A stretch of DNA of 61,179 nucleotides, counting the filler. It is 5 parts of 5 records of this genome, joined end to end, with 100 filler letters (N's around TTAATTAATTAA, not from the genome) between each part and the next. Parts side by side here need not be neighbours in the genome. Positions count along the whole stretch, not along the records: positions 19,548 to 45,674 come from DRR378314_18; 4 more parts are not named here. The stretch is one strand, 5' to 3'. The position numbers were made by a program, and so were the translations under genes. The notes beneath the pieces are model-generated. The model searched no databases. It worked only from the letters and a program-made list of their open reading frames with translations, and had not been told where the DNA came from. Position 1 is the stretch's first letter. Each line of letters opens with the position of its first letter. This document shows, one piece after another, positions 20,454 through 30,521 of the stretch.

Positions 20454-21333
20454 TCCGACGGCCTTCCAGTGTGGCCAGCCCGACCCCGCTAAGTAGCAAC
20501 GGCAGTGCCAGCAAAAAGCCGCTAGAAACCGGCAGGCCAAACAGCAGCCAATCTGCTAACACAGGCCACACCAACGCAATGTATTCAAAAGGCGCTAGCC
20601 GTGACGCTTCGGCGTAACGCAGCGCCAGCGTCATCGCAATATGAGCCGAACCGCCAAACAAGCCAGACAGCACTAACAACCACACCACATCACCCTTTAG
20701 CGGTGCCCAGCCCAAGGGCAGCGTTGCCAACCCCGCTAGCGCAGAGACCAGAATAAAGTAAAAGGCAATGGAACCTGCTGTTTCGGTACGTGAAATGCGC
20801 CGTACGGTTAGCAGCGCTCCAGCAGTTAACAGCGCGCTCAGCGCGCCTAGCGCGTAGCCAGCCAGTTGCCCTTGCTCGCGACTGGCCTCAAGCCCTGGCA
20901 GCACCAGCACCGCCACCCCAGCTAACGCCAACGCAATAGCGCCCGCCCGATAAAGCGAGAAACGCTCCCCCAGCAGCAAGACACCCCCCAACGCCATAAA
21001 TACGGGCGTCAGCTGGGCTAACAATGTAGTTTCTGCAACAGGCAACAAGGCCACCGCCGCGAACGATGCGAACATTGCCGCCGCCCCAAGCCCCGAGCGC
21101 AACGCATGCCCCAGTGGACGGCGCGTCGCCAATCCCTGCGGAAACTCGCGACGAAGCATCAAAAAAACAACAATCGGCAACAGCGCAAATAACGAGCGGA
21201 AAAACACCGACTGCCCTACCGGCACCTCGTCACTCACCGCTTTAATACACACCAACATACCGGTAAACAGTACGCCGGAAAGCACCCGCAGCCCAATGCC
21301 CAACCCAGGGCGAGACTCTTCATCCGCTAGCAT
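20431..21333 (-). CDS. DMT/EamA family transporter
   Basis: About ten hydrophobic segments in two EamA repeats; LAPFEY motif. Confidence 0.88.
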   Translation of the reverse strand: MLADEESRPGLGIGLRVLSGVLFTGMLVCIKAVSDEVPVGQSVFFRSLFALLPIVVFLMLRREFPQGLATRRPLGHALRSGLGAAAMFASFAAVALLPVAETTLLAQLTPVFMALGGVLLLGERFSLYRAGAIALALAGVAVLVLPGLEASREQGQLAGYALGALSALLTAGALLTVRRISRTETAGSIAFYFILVSALAGLATLPLGWAPLKGDVVWLLVLSGLFGGSAHIAMTLALRYAEASRLAPFEYIALVWPVLADWLLFGLPVSSGFLLALPLLLSGVGLATLEGRRIKRLLRQ

Positions 21334-21345
21334 TTGCCCTCGTCC

Positions 21346-21374
21346 TTATGTGCAAATAAGTTATGTGCAAATAA
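21346..21374. repeat. Tandem duplication, 2 x ttatgtgcaaataa
   Basis: Direct repeat with 15-bp period, just upstream of the DMT gene. Confidence 0.8.
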
Positions 21375-21475
21375 TCCACGCTTTAAAAGGGCATCGGTTA
21401 GCGATTAATCGATAAGCCCATCAGACCCGCTATTTTACACTATGCAACACAATGAGTTAGCGATAAGCAATTAAC

Positions 21476-21508
21476 AAAAACGCCCCGACACTTGAAAGTG
21501 CCGGGGCG
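21476..21508 (-). terminator. Intrinsic terminator after dnaJ
   Basis: aaaaa-cgccccgacac-ttgaaa-gtgccggggcg. Confidence 0.8.
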
Positions 21509-21534
21509 CTGATGTGCTGTGAAGTGAATCGCCG

Positions 21535-22689
21535 TTACGGCTTCATCTCTTCAAAAAACTTCTTCACACTGTCGAAGAAGCCAGTTTTCTTCGGCGAGTG
21601 GCTGTGGCTATTGCTGCCGTCAAAGCTCTCTTGCAACTGACGAAGCAGGTCTTTCTGCTCGTCATTGAGATTGACCGGCGTCTCCAGCACCACTTTGCAA
21701 AGCAAGTCGCCAGGTGCGCCGCCGCGTACCGGTTTCACGCCTTTACCGCGCAGCCTGAAGAGTTTACCGGTTTGAGTTTCCGGTGGAATCTTCAGCTTCA
21801 CACGGCCATCTAGCGTGGGTACTTCTAGCTCCCCACCTAATGCAGCGTCAACAAAGTTGATCGGCACGTCACACTGCAGGTGTTTGCCATCGCGCTGGAA
21901 GATGTGGTGTGGCTTGATCGACACCTGAACATACAGGTCACCAGGCGGGCCTCCGTTAATACCACTTTCACCTTCGCCATTCAGACGAATGCGATCACCA
22001 GTATCCACTCCCGGCGGAATCTTCACCGATAGCGTGCGCGTTTCCCGCACGCGGCCTTCACCGTTACATTTGTGGCACGGCACTTTAATGTGCTGGCCAC
22101 TGCCATGACAGGTCGGGCAGGTTTGCTGAACCGCGAAGAAACCTTGCTGCATACGCACTTGGCCATGGCCATGGCACGTGGGGCAAGTTTCTTTGCTAGA
22201 ACCAGGTTCAGCACCTTCACCATCGCAGCGGTCACATTCGATATGACGTGGCACGCGGATATCAACGGTTGTGCCGGAAACTGCGTTTTCCAGATCCAGC
22301 TCTAAGTTGTAGCGCAGATCACTGCCACGCGCGGGGGCGTTAGGGCCACGACGACGGCCACCACCGCCACCAAAGATATCGCCAAACACATCGCCGAAGA
22401 TGTCGCTGAAGTCGCCAGCGCCACCACCACCGAACCCACCACCGCCAAAGCCGCCGCCCTGGCCATCAACACCGGCGTGACCAAATTGATCATACGCCGC
22501 GCGCTTTTCGCCATCGCTTAAGACTTCGTACGCTTCTGACACCTCACGGAATTTTTCCGCTGCAGTGTTATCGTCCGGGTTTCGATCAGGGTGGAATTTT
22601 TGCGCCAAGCGGCGGTAGGCCTTTTTGATCTCTTTCTGATCAGCCCCTTTTTCGACACCCAGGACTTCGTAATAATCGCGTTTGGACAT
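21535..22689 (-). CDS. dnaJ: Chaperone DnaJ
   Basis: J-domain HPD, G/F region, four CxxCxGxG repeats. Confidence 0.98.
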   Translation of the reverse strand: MSKRDYYEVLGVEKGADQKEIKKAYRRLAQKFHPDRNPDDNTAAEKFREVSEAYEVLSDGEKRAAYDQFGHAGVDGQGGGFGGGGFGGGGAGDFSDIFGDVFGDIFGGGGGRRRGPNAPARGSDLRYNLELDLENAVSGTTVDIRVPRHIECDRCDGEGAEPGSSKETCPTCHGHGQVRMQQGFFAVQQTCPTCHGSGQHIKVPCHKCNGEGRVRETRTLSVKIPPGVDTGDRIRLNGEGESGINGGPPGDLYVQVSIKPHHIFQRDGKHLQCDVPINFVDAALGGELEVPTLDGRVKLKIPPETQTGKLFRLRGKGVKPVRGGAPGDLLCKVVLETPVNLNDEQKDLLRQLQESFDGSNSHSHSPKKTGFFDSVKKFFEEMKP

Positions 22690-22799
22690 GGGTCCTACGC
22701 CTCCTGGTTAGCTACGCACTTAATTAGGCGTCTGCTTCGGAAACAGCAACGCGGGAGTTGTCTCCCGCGCCACCGCATTCCTTAACAGATAGAGGTGAT

Positions 22800-24734
22800 T
22801 TACTGTTTCTTTTTGTCGTCGTTGACTTCTTCGTACTCAGCGTCAACCACGTCATCCTCTGGCTTGGTGCTGGCATTTTCAGCACTTTCACCGTCCGCCT
22901 GCTGAGCAGCTTCCGCTTGCTCGGCGTACATTTTCTGCGCCAATTGGCCAGACACTTCGGTCAGCGCGTCCAGCTTCTGCTGGATGTTGTCCTGATCGTC
23001 AGTCTTCACTGCTTCTTCCAGCTCGCTGATCGCGGTCTCGATGGCTTGTTTCTCGTCATCGGTCGCTTTATCGCCGGCTTCCTGCACGGTTTTGCGAGTG
23101 GCGTGAATCATGCCATCTGCTTGGTTACGCAGCTGCACCAGCGCTTCGAACTTTTTGTCTTCGTCCGCGTGAGCTTCCGCATCGCGTACCATTTGCTCGA
23201 TCTCTTCATCCGTGAGACCGCTGGACGCTTTAATGACGATAGACTGCTCTTTATTGGTCGCCTTATCTTTGGCCGATACGTTTAGAATGCCGTTGGCATC
23301 CAGATCGAAGGCCACTTCAATCTGCGGCACACCACGCGGTGCTGGCGGAATGTCGGCAAGATCAAAACGACCCAGCGACTTATTCTGCGAGACCTGCTTA
23401 CGCTCACCCTGAACGACGTGAATCGTCACTGCCGTTTGGTTGTCATCCGCCGTGGAGAAGGTTTGCGTCTTCTTCGTGGGGATGGTGGTGTTTTTGTCGA
23501 TCAGCGGCGTCATTACGCCACCCAGGGTTTCAATACCCAGGGTCAGCGGGGTAACGTCGAGCAGCAGAACGTCTTTCACGTCGCCGCCAAGAACACCACC
23601 CTGAATCGCCGCACCAACAGCAACCGCTTCATCTGGGTTGACGTCTTTACGCGCTTCTTTACCGAAGAAATCAGCGGCTTTCTTCTGCACCATCGGCATA
23701 CGCGTCTGGCCACCGACCAGAATCACTTCGTCGATTTCAGATGCAGACAAACCAGCATCTTTCAGCGCCATTTTGCACGGGTCGAGCGAGCGCTGTACCA
23801 GATCTTCAACCAACGACTCCAGCTTGGCACGTGTCACCTTGACGTTAAGGTGTTTCGGGCCAGTGTTGTCAGCGGTGATGTACGGCAAGTTAACGTCTGT
23901 CTGCTGGGCACTGGAAAGCTCAATTTTAGCCTTCTCAGCCGCTTCTTTCAGGCGCTGCATCGCGAGGTTGTCGCCAGACAGATCCATACCGCTGTCCGCT
24001 TTGAACTGGTCAACTAAGTAGTTGATCAGCGCCAAGTCGAAGTCTTCGCCGCCCAGGAAGGTATCGCCGTTGGTGGCCAACACTTCAAACTGGGTTTCGC
24101 CGTCAACGTCGGCCACTTCGATAATAGAGATATCGAAAGTACCGCCACCCAGGTCATATACCGCGATGGTTTTATCACCACGGGATTTGTCCATACCGTA
24201 GGCCAATGCAGCAGCGGTCGGCTCGTTAATGATGCGTTTAACATCAAGACCGGCGATACGGCCCGCATCTTTCGTGGCCTGGCGCTGGCTGTCGTTAAAG
24301 TACGCCGGTACGGTGATGACCGCTTCAGTTACCGCTTCGCCGAGGTAGTCTTCGGCGGTTTTCTTCATTTTCTTCAGCACTTCCGCACTTACCTGCGGCG
24401 GCGCCATTTTTTTGCCTTTTACTTCAACCCAGGCATCACCGTTGTCGGCTTCGGCGATTTTGTAAGGCACCATTTTGATGTCTTTTTGTACGACATCATC
24501 TTTGAAGCGACGGCCAATCAGGCGCTTGATCGCGTAAAGGGTGTTCTCAGGGTTGGTGACGGCCTGACGTTTTGCCGCCTGGCCTACCAGCGTCTCACCA
24601 TCGTCGGTGTAAGCAATAATGGAAGGCGTAGTGCGGCCGCCTTCGGCATTTTCAATGACTTTAGCGCTGTCACCATCGAGCACTGCCACACAAGAGTTGG
24701 TGGTGCCCAGATCGATACCAATAATGCGTCCCAT
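22800..24734 (-). CDS. dnaK: Chaperone DnaK
   Basis: [17 protein letters not shown] and related Hsp70 motifs. Confidence 0.99.
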   Translation of the reverse strand: MGRIIGIDLGTTNSCVAVLDGDSAKVIENAEGGRTTPSIIAYTDDGETLVGQAAKRQAVTNPENTLYAIKRLIGRRFKDDVVQKDIKMVPYKIAEADNGDAWVEVKGKKMAPPQVSAEVLKKMKKTAEDYLGEAVTEAVITVPAYFNDSQRQATKDAGRIAGLDVKRIINEPTAAALAYGMDKSRGDKTIAVYDLGGGTFDISIIEVADVDGETQFEVLATNGDTFLGGEDFDLALINYLVDQFKADSGMDLSGDNLAMQRLKEAAEKAKIELSSAQQTDVNLPYITADNTGPKHLNVKVTRAKLESLVEDLVQRSLDPCKMALKDAGLSASEIDEVILVGGQTRMPMVQKKAADFFGKEARKDVNPDEAVAVGAAIQGGVLGGDVKDVLLLDVTPLTLGIETLGGVMTPLIDKNTTIPTKKTQTFSTADDNQTAVTIHVVQGERKQVSQNKSLGRFDLADIPPAPRGVPQIEVAFDLDANGILNVSAKDKATNKEQSIVIKASSGLTDEEIEQMVRDAEAHADEDKKFEALVQLRNQADGMIHATRKTVQEAGDKATDDEKQAIETAISELEEAVKTDDQDNIQQKLDALTEVSGQLAQKMYAEQAEAAQQADGESAENASTKPEDDVVDAEYEEVNDDKKKQ

Positions 24735-24845
24735 AGCAAAAACCTCGAATTCGGTTGTTACAAAACTGATGTTTGAAAGCTGATGTCAAAAAATCTGCTT
24801 TTTGAAATTTAAAGCGTTTGCGGGTTTTCCCGCGGGTTGCCCTTT

Positions 24846-24873
24846 ATTTGGGGGCCGCTTGCAGCATTTCAAG
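24846..24873 (-). promoter_or_regulatory. Sigma-32 promoter of dnaK
   Basis: Minus strand CTTGAAA-N13-CCCCAAAT, close to the RpoH consensus CTTGAAA...CCCCATNT. Confidence 0.8.
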
Positions 24874-24903
24874 GGGCTTTTTTTGCTTTGCGTCAGCCAA
24901 TGC

Positions 24904-25533
24904 TTAATTGGCTTTTTGGCTAACCACCACCATCGCGGGGCGAACTAGGCGGCCGTTAAGCAAATAACCCTTCTGCATCACATCCATGACGGTATTGGGT
25001 TCAAGCTCGGGATTCGGCACCATCGCCATCGCTTCGTGAACTTGGGGGTCGAAGGGTTCACCCTGGGGTTCAACGCTTTCCACGCCAAATTTATTCAATA
25101 CGCCTAACTGCATTTTGAGGGTCATGGAAACGCCCTCACGATGTACGTCAGAGGCTCCGTCTTCCATGCTCTCTAGGGCTTTTTCCAGGCTATCAACAAC
25201 GGGCAACAGCTCTTTAACAAATTTTTCTAAAGCAAACTTGCGTGCTTTTTCAGCCTCTTGCTCAGCTCGGCGACGCACGTTTTGAGCTTCAGCAGCGGCA
25301 CGTAGCGCTTGGTCTTTAGCTTCCGCCAAGCTCTGCTCAAGCTCTTCCACCTGAGCGGCTAGCATATCGGCTTCCGGGTTTCCCACGCCGTCCTCTAACG
25401 CAGCGTCGTCCTCGATTAGCCCTTCCAGCTCACCCTCGACCAGGCGCTCTTCAGCCGCTTGCTCGGTGACTTCCGCCTCTTGCTCTTGGCGGGCCAGCTC
25501 ATCGTCTAATGGGGTTTGCGGTTCTTTTGCCAT
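24904..25533 (-). CDS. grpE: Nucleotide exchange factor GrpE
   Basis: [22 protein letters not shown] and [14 protein letters not shown] motifs; start MAKEPQ with AGGAG RBS. Confidence 0.96.
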   Translation of the reverse strand: MAKEPQTPLDDELARQEQEAEVTEQAAEERLVEGELEGLIEDDAALEDGVGNPEADMLAAQVEELEQSLAEAKDQALRAAAEAQNVRRRAEQEAEKARKFALEKFVKELLPVVDSLEKALESMEDGASDVHREGVSMTLKMQLGVLNKFGVESVEPQGEPFDPQVHEAMAMVPNPELEPNTVMDVMQKGYLLNGRLVRPAMVVVSQKAN

Positions 25534-25614
25534 GCCTAGCTCCTGAAAAGTATCCAGCGGTGGCATTAACGGCCACCTCGGTTAAGTAACGAGTATTAAC
25601 CACGTATGGACGCT

Positions 25615-25642
25615 ATATGGGGGCCATAAAAGCCATCTCAAG
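25615..25642 (-). promoter_or_regulatory. Sigma-32 promoter of grpE
   Basis: Minus strand CTTGAGA-N13-CCCCATAT. Confidence 0.82.
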
Positions 25643-25669
25643 AGGGGCATTGAAGTGAGTTATAGACTA

Positions 25670-25704
25670 CTGTATAAAACAACAATTATTGGATAAGTAT
25701 CCAG
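25670..25704. promoter_or_regulatory. Two imperfect LexA (SOS) boxes upstream of recN
   Basis: ctgtataaaacaacaa (25670-25685) and ttggataagtatccag (25689-25704), each one base off CTG-N10-CAG. recN is a known SOS gene. Confidence 0.65.
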
Positions 25705-25734
25705 CTTCTGTGCCGCACCGCCTCAGGAGGCCTT

Positions 25735-27408
25735 ATGCTCACGCAGCTAGCAATCCAAGATTACGCTATTGTTGACCGCCTTGAACTCGACCTAACCCGT
25801 GGCATGACGGCGATTACCGGGGAAACTGGGGCAGGCAAATCGATTTTACTCGGCGCCCTTGGCCTATGTTTGGGTGAGCGTGCCGACGCTGGCAGCGTGC
25901 GCCATGGACGTGAGCGCACCGACCTTTCCGCGCGTTTTGATATTCAACATCTACCCGCTGCCACAGAGTGGTTGACTGCTCGCGAGCTGCCTGCTGAAGA
26001 GTGCTTGCTGCGCCGTGTGGTTACCGCCAGCGGTCGCTCCAAAGCGTGGATCAATGGCCACCCTGCCACCATCGCCGACCTAAAATCGCTGGGCGAGCAG
26101 CTGATTCAAATCCATGGACAGCATGCTCATCAGGCGCTTATGCGTGAAGAAACCCACCTCGCCCTGCTAGATGATTATGCCGGGCTACGTGAGCGCAGCC
26201 AGCAGCTAGCTGAAACCTTCCGCGAGTGGCGCAGCGCCCGGCGGCGATTAAAAAAGCTCAGCGAAGAAGGCAGTGAAGTTGAGGCAAAGCGGCAGCTGCT
26301 GCGCTACCAAGTAGAAGAATTAGATCAACTGGGATTGGCAGAGGGTGAGCTGCAAACGCTAGAAGAGGAGCAGCATACCCTCGCCCATGCGGAAGAGACG
26401 CTGCGTGAAACCCAGTTTGCCGCCGACTGCTGCGCGAGCGATGAAAGTGGCGCTCTGTCGCTGTTAAATCAAGCCTATGCCCATTTAAGCGCGCTACCCG
26501 GCAGTGACAAAGGCACACTGGCCAATACCCTGGCTATGCTTAGCGATGCGCGCATTCAAGTAGAGGAGGCTTCAAGCGAGCTAAATCGTCTTGCCAGTAC
26601 TACCGAACTAGACCCGGAGCGCCTAGCCTGGGTAGAAGAACGGCTTGGCGATGTCCACCGTATTGCCCGCAAGCATCACGTTGCCCCGGAAGAGATTTGC
26701 GCACTGCATGCCCGGCTCAGCCAGGAAGTCGAACTGCTAGAAGCCAGCGACGATGACCTGGAGTCGTTAAGCAACCAAGTGTCTGAATACCGCGAGCGCT
26801 ATCGCAGCGATGCCAAACAACTAAGCGAGGCGCGACAAAAAGCCGCCGTTCGCTTGGGCAAAGAAGTGCAACAACAGCTAGGATTCTTGGCGATGGGTAA
26901 AGCACGCTTTGACGTGGACGTTACCCCGCGTGAAACGCCTACGCCGGAAGGCCTGGACCACGTCCAATTCTTGATTAGCGCGAACCCAGGCCAGCCCGCT
27001 AGGCCGCTAACCAAAGTGGCTTCGGGCGGTGAGCTATCGCGCATTAGCCTTGCTATTCAAGTGGTGGCCGCCTCCCACTCCACCATTCCCAGCTTGGTCT
27101 TCGATGAAGTGGACGTGGGTATCTCGGGAGCGACGGCCGAAATTGTCGGTCAACTGCTGCGCAAGCTCGGCGAAAACGGTCAAGTAATGACTGTCACCCA
27201 CCTGCCTCAGGTCGCCGCTCAGGCGCATCAGCACCTGCATATTGAAAAACGCGCCAAACGAGATAGCACGCTGACCCATATGGCGCTGCTGGACGAACAG
27301 GGGCGCATCAGCGAACTCGCCCGCATGCTGGGCGGTGTAACGCTATCTGACCAAACACTCGCCCACGCCCGCGAAATGCTGCACGCGAGCCAACGGCCAC
27401 CGCACTAA
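25735..27408 (+). CDS. recN: DNA repair protein RecN
   Basis: TGETGAGKS, ASGGELSR, FDEVDVG and THLPQVAA motifs. Confidence 0.97.
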   Translation: MLTQLAIQDYAIVDRLELDLTRGMTAITGETGAGKSILLGALGLCLGERADAGSVRHGRERTDLSARFDIQHLPAATEWLTARELPAEECLLRRVVTASGRSKAWINGHPATIADLKSLGEQLIQIHGQHAHQALMREETHLALLDDYAGLRERSQQLAETFREWRSARRRLKKLSEEGSEVEAKRQLLRYQVEELDQLGLAEGELQTLEEEQHTLAHAEETLRETQFAADCCASDESGALSLLNQAYAHLSALPGSDKGTLANTLAMLSDARIQVEEASSELNRLASTTELDPERLAWVEERLGDVHRIARKHHVAPEEICALHARLSQEVELLEASDDDLESLSNQVSEYRERYRSDAKQLSEARQKAAVRLGKEVQQQLGFLAMGKARFDVDVTPRETPTPEGLDHVQFLISANPGQPARPLTKVASGGELSRISLAIQVVAASHSTIPSLVFDEVDVGISGATAEIVGQLLRKLGENGQVMTVTHLPQVAAQAHQHLHIEKRAKRDSTLTHMALLDEQGRISELARMLGGVTLSDQTLAHAREMLHASQRPPH

Positions 27409-27452
27409 GCGCTTTTTTCAATCGACAACGTGCTAGCAAACGCCACACACTA

Positions 27453-27510
27453 TAAAAAACGCCCCTAGGGCGCGAATGAGTCATCACTCGCACCCTAGGG
27501 GCGTTTTATT
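27453..27510. terminator. Bidirectional terminator between recN and fur
   Basis: aaaaaacgcccctaggg...ccctaggggcgtttt. Confidence 0.8.
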
Positions 27511-27518
27511 TAGCGCGA

Positions 27519-27971
27519 CTATTTTTTATTTGTGGGGCCGCTGTCCTGTCGGGTTACGTCCGACCCACGGGGGCGTACGTAAAGCACCAGGGCATGATCC
27601 ACAAGTTCATAGCCGTGCTCTTCGGCGATCTCTTGCTGACGACGCTCGATGATTTCATCGACAAACTCAATGATTTCACCACTTTCTAAACACACCATAT
27701 GGTCGTGGTGGTCTTCTTGAGTCATCTCGAACACCGCGTGGCCACCATCAAAATTATGACGGATCACCAAGCCTGCTGATTCAAACTGAGTCAGCACGCG
27801 GTACACGGTAGCCAAGCCAACATCCTCGCCCGCATCAATCAGTGTTTTGTACACTTCTTCTGCGCTAAGGTGGTGTTGACCCGAAGCATTTTCGAGAATC
27901 TGCAGGATCTTGACGCGCGGCAGGGTTACTTTCAGCCCGGCTTTGCGCAGTTCATGGTTCTGATCGGCCAT
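27519..27971 (-). CDS. fur: Ferric uptake regulator Fur
   Basis: LRKAGLKVTLPR, GLATVYRVL and HHDHMVC motifs; start MADQNHEL. Confidence 0.97.
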   Translation of the reverse strand: MADQNHELRKAGLKVTLPRVKILQILENASGQHHLSAEEVYKTLIDAGEDVGLATVYRVLTQFESAGLVIRHNFDGGHAVFEMTQEDHHDHMVCLESGEIIEFVDEIIERRQQEIAEEHGYELVDHALVLYVRPRGSDVTRQDSGPTNKK

Positions 27972-28043
27972 GGTTGCTCTTCGCAGTAACAGGTTAGGTC
28001 GGGTATGATCGACCGAAACCACGATAGTGAAGAATAGGCTCAA

Positions 28044-28493
28044 ATGCAAAAATTGACTCGCATCATTACTCTTTCCGTTGCCCTAACCGTTGTTAGCGGC
28101 TGCAGCTACGTTGGCGTTTACAAGCGCGACATCCCTCAGGGCAACTTGGTGACCGAAGAAATGGTCAGCCAATTACAGCCAGGAATGACCCGAGAACAAG
28201 TCACTTATGTGATGGGTCGCCCGTTGCTGGAAGCCCCGTTTGACACGCGAGAATGGGATTACGTTTATCGTATTGATAAAGCGTACGCGGATGTTGAGCA
28301 GCGGCGTGTAACCCTCACGTTCGATAACATGGGGCGTTTGGTGAACGTTGAGCAGCAAGGTGATTTCTCTAACGATCTGCCGATCAGTACAGACACCGGC
28401 GTAGGCCCTGCAACAGAAACAGCAGATCCAATCACCGGTATCAACACGCCTACTCAGCGAGTACCTTCGTCAGAAAATGCCACAGCGCCATAG
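28044..28493 (+). CDS. bamE: Outer membrane assembly lipoprotein BamE (OmlA/SmpA)
   Basis: Lipobox VSGC; IPQGN, GMTREQV and WDYVY motifs; divergent from fur. Confidence 0.94.
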   Translation: MQKLTRIITLSVALTVVSGCSYVGVYKRDIPQGNLVTEEMVSQLQPGMTREQVTYVMGRPLLEAPFDTREWDYVYRIDKAYADVEQRRVTLTFDNMGRLVNVEQQGDFSNDLPISTDTGVGPATETADPITGINTPTQRVPSSENATAP

Positions 28494-28515
28494 CCAATGA
28501 TGCCTCCCGAATAAG

Positions 28516-28827
28516 TTATCCGCCTCTGGCTTGACGCTTTGCCCGCTCCAGGCGGGCAGCTTTGGGGTCTATCTCTAATGGACGATACACCTCAACGCGG
28601 TCGCCTGGACGCAGCGCTTCTTGTTCAGGCTGGCGCAGCGCTTTGCCAAAAATTCCCAGCGGTGCCTGCTCAAAGGTGTCGCTGGGGATCTCGGGAAACA
28701 GGCTTGGTAGATCTGCCATCATTACCGCTTGCCGTGCGGTTGTGCCTTGGCGCACCTGTAAGGCCACTAGACGCTGTTTGCGCGGCAAGGCAAAGGCAAC
28801 CTCTACCGCGAACTTATCAACGGCCAT
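28516..28827 (-). CDS. ratB: RnfH/RatB family ubiquitin-like protein
   Basis: VEVAFALP, GIFGK and GDRVEVYRPL..DPK motifs; start taken at MAVDKF. Confidence 0.88.
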   Translation of the reverse strand: MAVDKFAVEVAFALPRKQRLVALQVRQGTTARQAVMMADLPSLFPEIPSDTFEQAPLGIFGKALRQPEQEALRPGDRVEVYRPLEIDPKAARLERAKRQARGG

Positions 28828-29251
28828 AGCGCTCGTCAGCACGCTTCGTGAAGGCATCGACAAGCTGCCCTGCAATTTGCTGAAATAATTTTCCAAACGC
28901 CATGCTAAGCAAGCGATTGGCAAATACAAATTCCATTTCCAAGCTGACTTTGCAGGCGTTTTCCCCCATCGGGATAAATAACCAACGCCCTTTGAGCTGC
29001 TTGAACGGCCCTTTTACTAACGACAGCTCAATCCGCTCGGGGGCATATAAATCATTTCGAGTAGTGATTGTTTGTTCCACACCCGCACGTCCAAGGGTCA
29101 TCTCGCCAATCAAATGCGCCTCGTCATGCTCTAGCAGGCGCGCACGGCGACACCCCGGCAGGAACTCGGGATAGCGTTCGAAGTCATTAACCAGATCGAA
29201 CATTTGTTGGGGGGTGTGCCGCACCAAGGCGGTACGATTAACGGTTGGCAT
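28817..29251 (-). CDS. ratA: RatA/PasT (Coq10-like START domain) protein
   Basis: MFDLVND..RYPEFLPGC and GPFKQLKGRW motifs; divergent from smpB. Confidence 0.92.
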   Translation of the reverse strand: MPTVNRTALVRHTPQQMFDLVNDFERYPEFLPGCRRARLLEHDEAHLIGEMTLGRAGVEQTITTRNDLYAPERIELSLVKGPFKQLKGRWLFIPMGENACKVSLEMEFVFANRLLSMAFGKLFQQIAGQLVDAFTKRADERYGR

Positions 29252-29377
29252 TGACCTCTCCGCTGACTTCACAGTGCCCAAAGCGTATCATGGGAAACAT
29301 TTTTGTAGACCTTGAATGGTATCACGCCTCCCCACATAACGAAGGGGGTGCTACTGACAGATCAACGATGAGGTTCC

Positions 29378-29869
29378 ATGGCCACTAAGAAAGGTAACAG
29401 TAAGGGCCCTAGCAGCAGCGTTATTGCCCAAAACAAGAAGGCTCGGTTTGAGTACCATATCAACGAAACCTTAGAAGCAGGTTTGGTACTCGCGGGCTGG
29501 GAAGTTAAAAGCCTTCGCGCTGGTAAAGCACAGCTTACCGACACCTACATTTTGGTTCGTAACGGCGAGGCTTTTTTACTAGGCAGCCATATCATGCCGC
29601 TTAATACAGCAAGCACCCACGAAATTGCTGACCCGACGCGCACGCGTAAGTTGCTTCTGCACCGTAAGGAAATTGCCAAAATTTTCTCGGTGACTCAGGA
29701 CAAAGGTCACACTTGCGTGCCGCTCAAGCTCTATTGGAAACGCAACAAGGTGAAGTGTGAGCTGGCACTGGTGACCGGCAAACAGCTGCATGACAAGCGC
29801 GCCACCGAGAAAGATCGCGACTGGAGCCGTCAGAAAGGTCGGATAATGCGGGAACATAACAAGGCATAA
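29378..29869 (+). CDS. smpB: SsrA-binding protein SmpB
   Basis: [19 protein letters not shown] and RTRKLLLH motifs. Confidence 0.98.
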   Translation: MATKKGNSKGPSSSVIAQNKKARFEYHINETLEAGLVLAGWEVKSLRAGKAQLTDTYILVRNGEAFLLGSHIMPLNTASTHEIADPTRTRKLLLHRKEIAKIFSVTQDKGHTCVPLKLYWKRNKVKCELALVTGKQLHDKRATEKDRDWSRQKGRIMREHNKA

Positions 29870-29914
29870 CTGGTCAATTCGGTGTGAGCACGTTAGAATG
29901 CTCATCTGTAATCA

Positions 29915-30293
29915 GGGGGCGACATGGTTTCGACGCTGGTGACAACCCTTGCGGTGCATGCCGAGAGCGTGATGTATCTCGTAAATCCCACATCACGAAA
30001 AATAGTCGCAAATGACGAAAACTACGCTCAAGGCGCGCTAGCAGCTTAAACACTGTTAGCTTCTTGTCTGGCCCAAAGGTGATGTGCCTATTCATCACTG
30101 ATGGGATACGAGCTAAAGCTGATAGGACCGCGGTTGGTGGTGTCTTCTCATCAATCGTTAAACTTAGAAGGCTCGCGTGGCTGAATCCTGATCGTCGGAG
30201 TCAGTTGCGTTAAAGCAAATGACGAAATCTAAGCATGTAGAGCCAATAGGCGCGTGCTGGCGGACGCGGGTTCAATTCCCGCCGCCTCCACCA
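29915..30293 (+). ncRNA. ssrA: tmRNA (tag ANDENYAQGALAA)
   Basis: 5' GGGGGCGACATGGTTTCGAC; tag frame 30008-30049; 3' T-arm GGTTCAATTCCCGCCGCCTCCACCA; follows smpB. Confidence 0.97.
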
Positions 30294-30309
30294 CCTGACT
30301 ATACAAATC

Positions 30310-30332
30310 AAGCACCTACGGGTGCTTTTTTT
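30310..30332 (+). terminator. Intrinsic terminator after ssrA
   Basis: aagcacc-tacg-ggtgctt followed by a T-run. Confidence 0.85.
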
Positions 30333-30462
30333 GTGCCTGTAGCCTGAAAATGGCCTGTTTAGGCATAGTGTGGTCAACATTGTGGCCAGCTTTTCTTAAA
30401 CGCCTCACACATCCCTCGAAGCTAGCCGCGTGCAGCGACAGAATTCAGCACAATTGCATTAT

Positions 30463-30477
30463 TGATACAATATAACA
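30463..30477. promoter_or_regulatory. Putative Zur box
   Basis: tgatacaatataaca versus the Zur core TGTTATANTATAACA, about 45 bp upstream of the His-rich gene. Confidence 0.65.
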
Positions 30478-30521
30478 TATCATTTTAAGCGCTTAATTCT
30501 AACGTTTAAGGGAATACACCT

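Noticed and set aside
22758..24021. Long antisense ORFs over dnaK (also over lldD, ggt and nhaD)
   Set aside because: Typical shadow ORFs arising from codon bias of highly expressed genes; no RBS or family motifs.
28516..29251. ratAB as a toxin-antitoxin system
   Set aside because: A conserved core locus next to smpB; RatA/PasT is understood to be a Coq10-like respiratory factor.
30255..30293. tRNA-like T-arm and CCA end as a tRNA gene
   Set aside because: It is the 3' tRNA-like domain of tmRNA.
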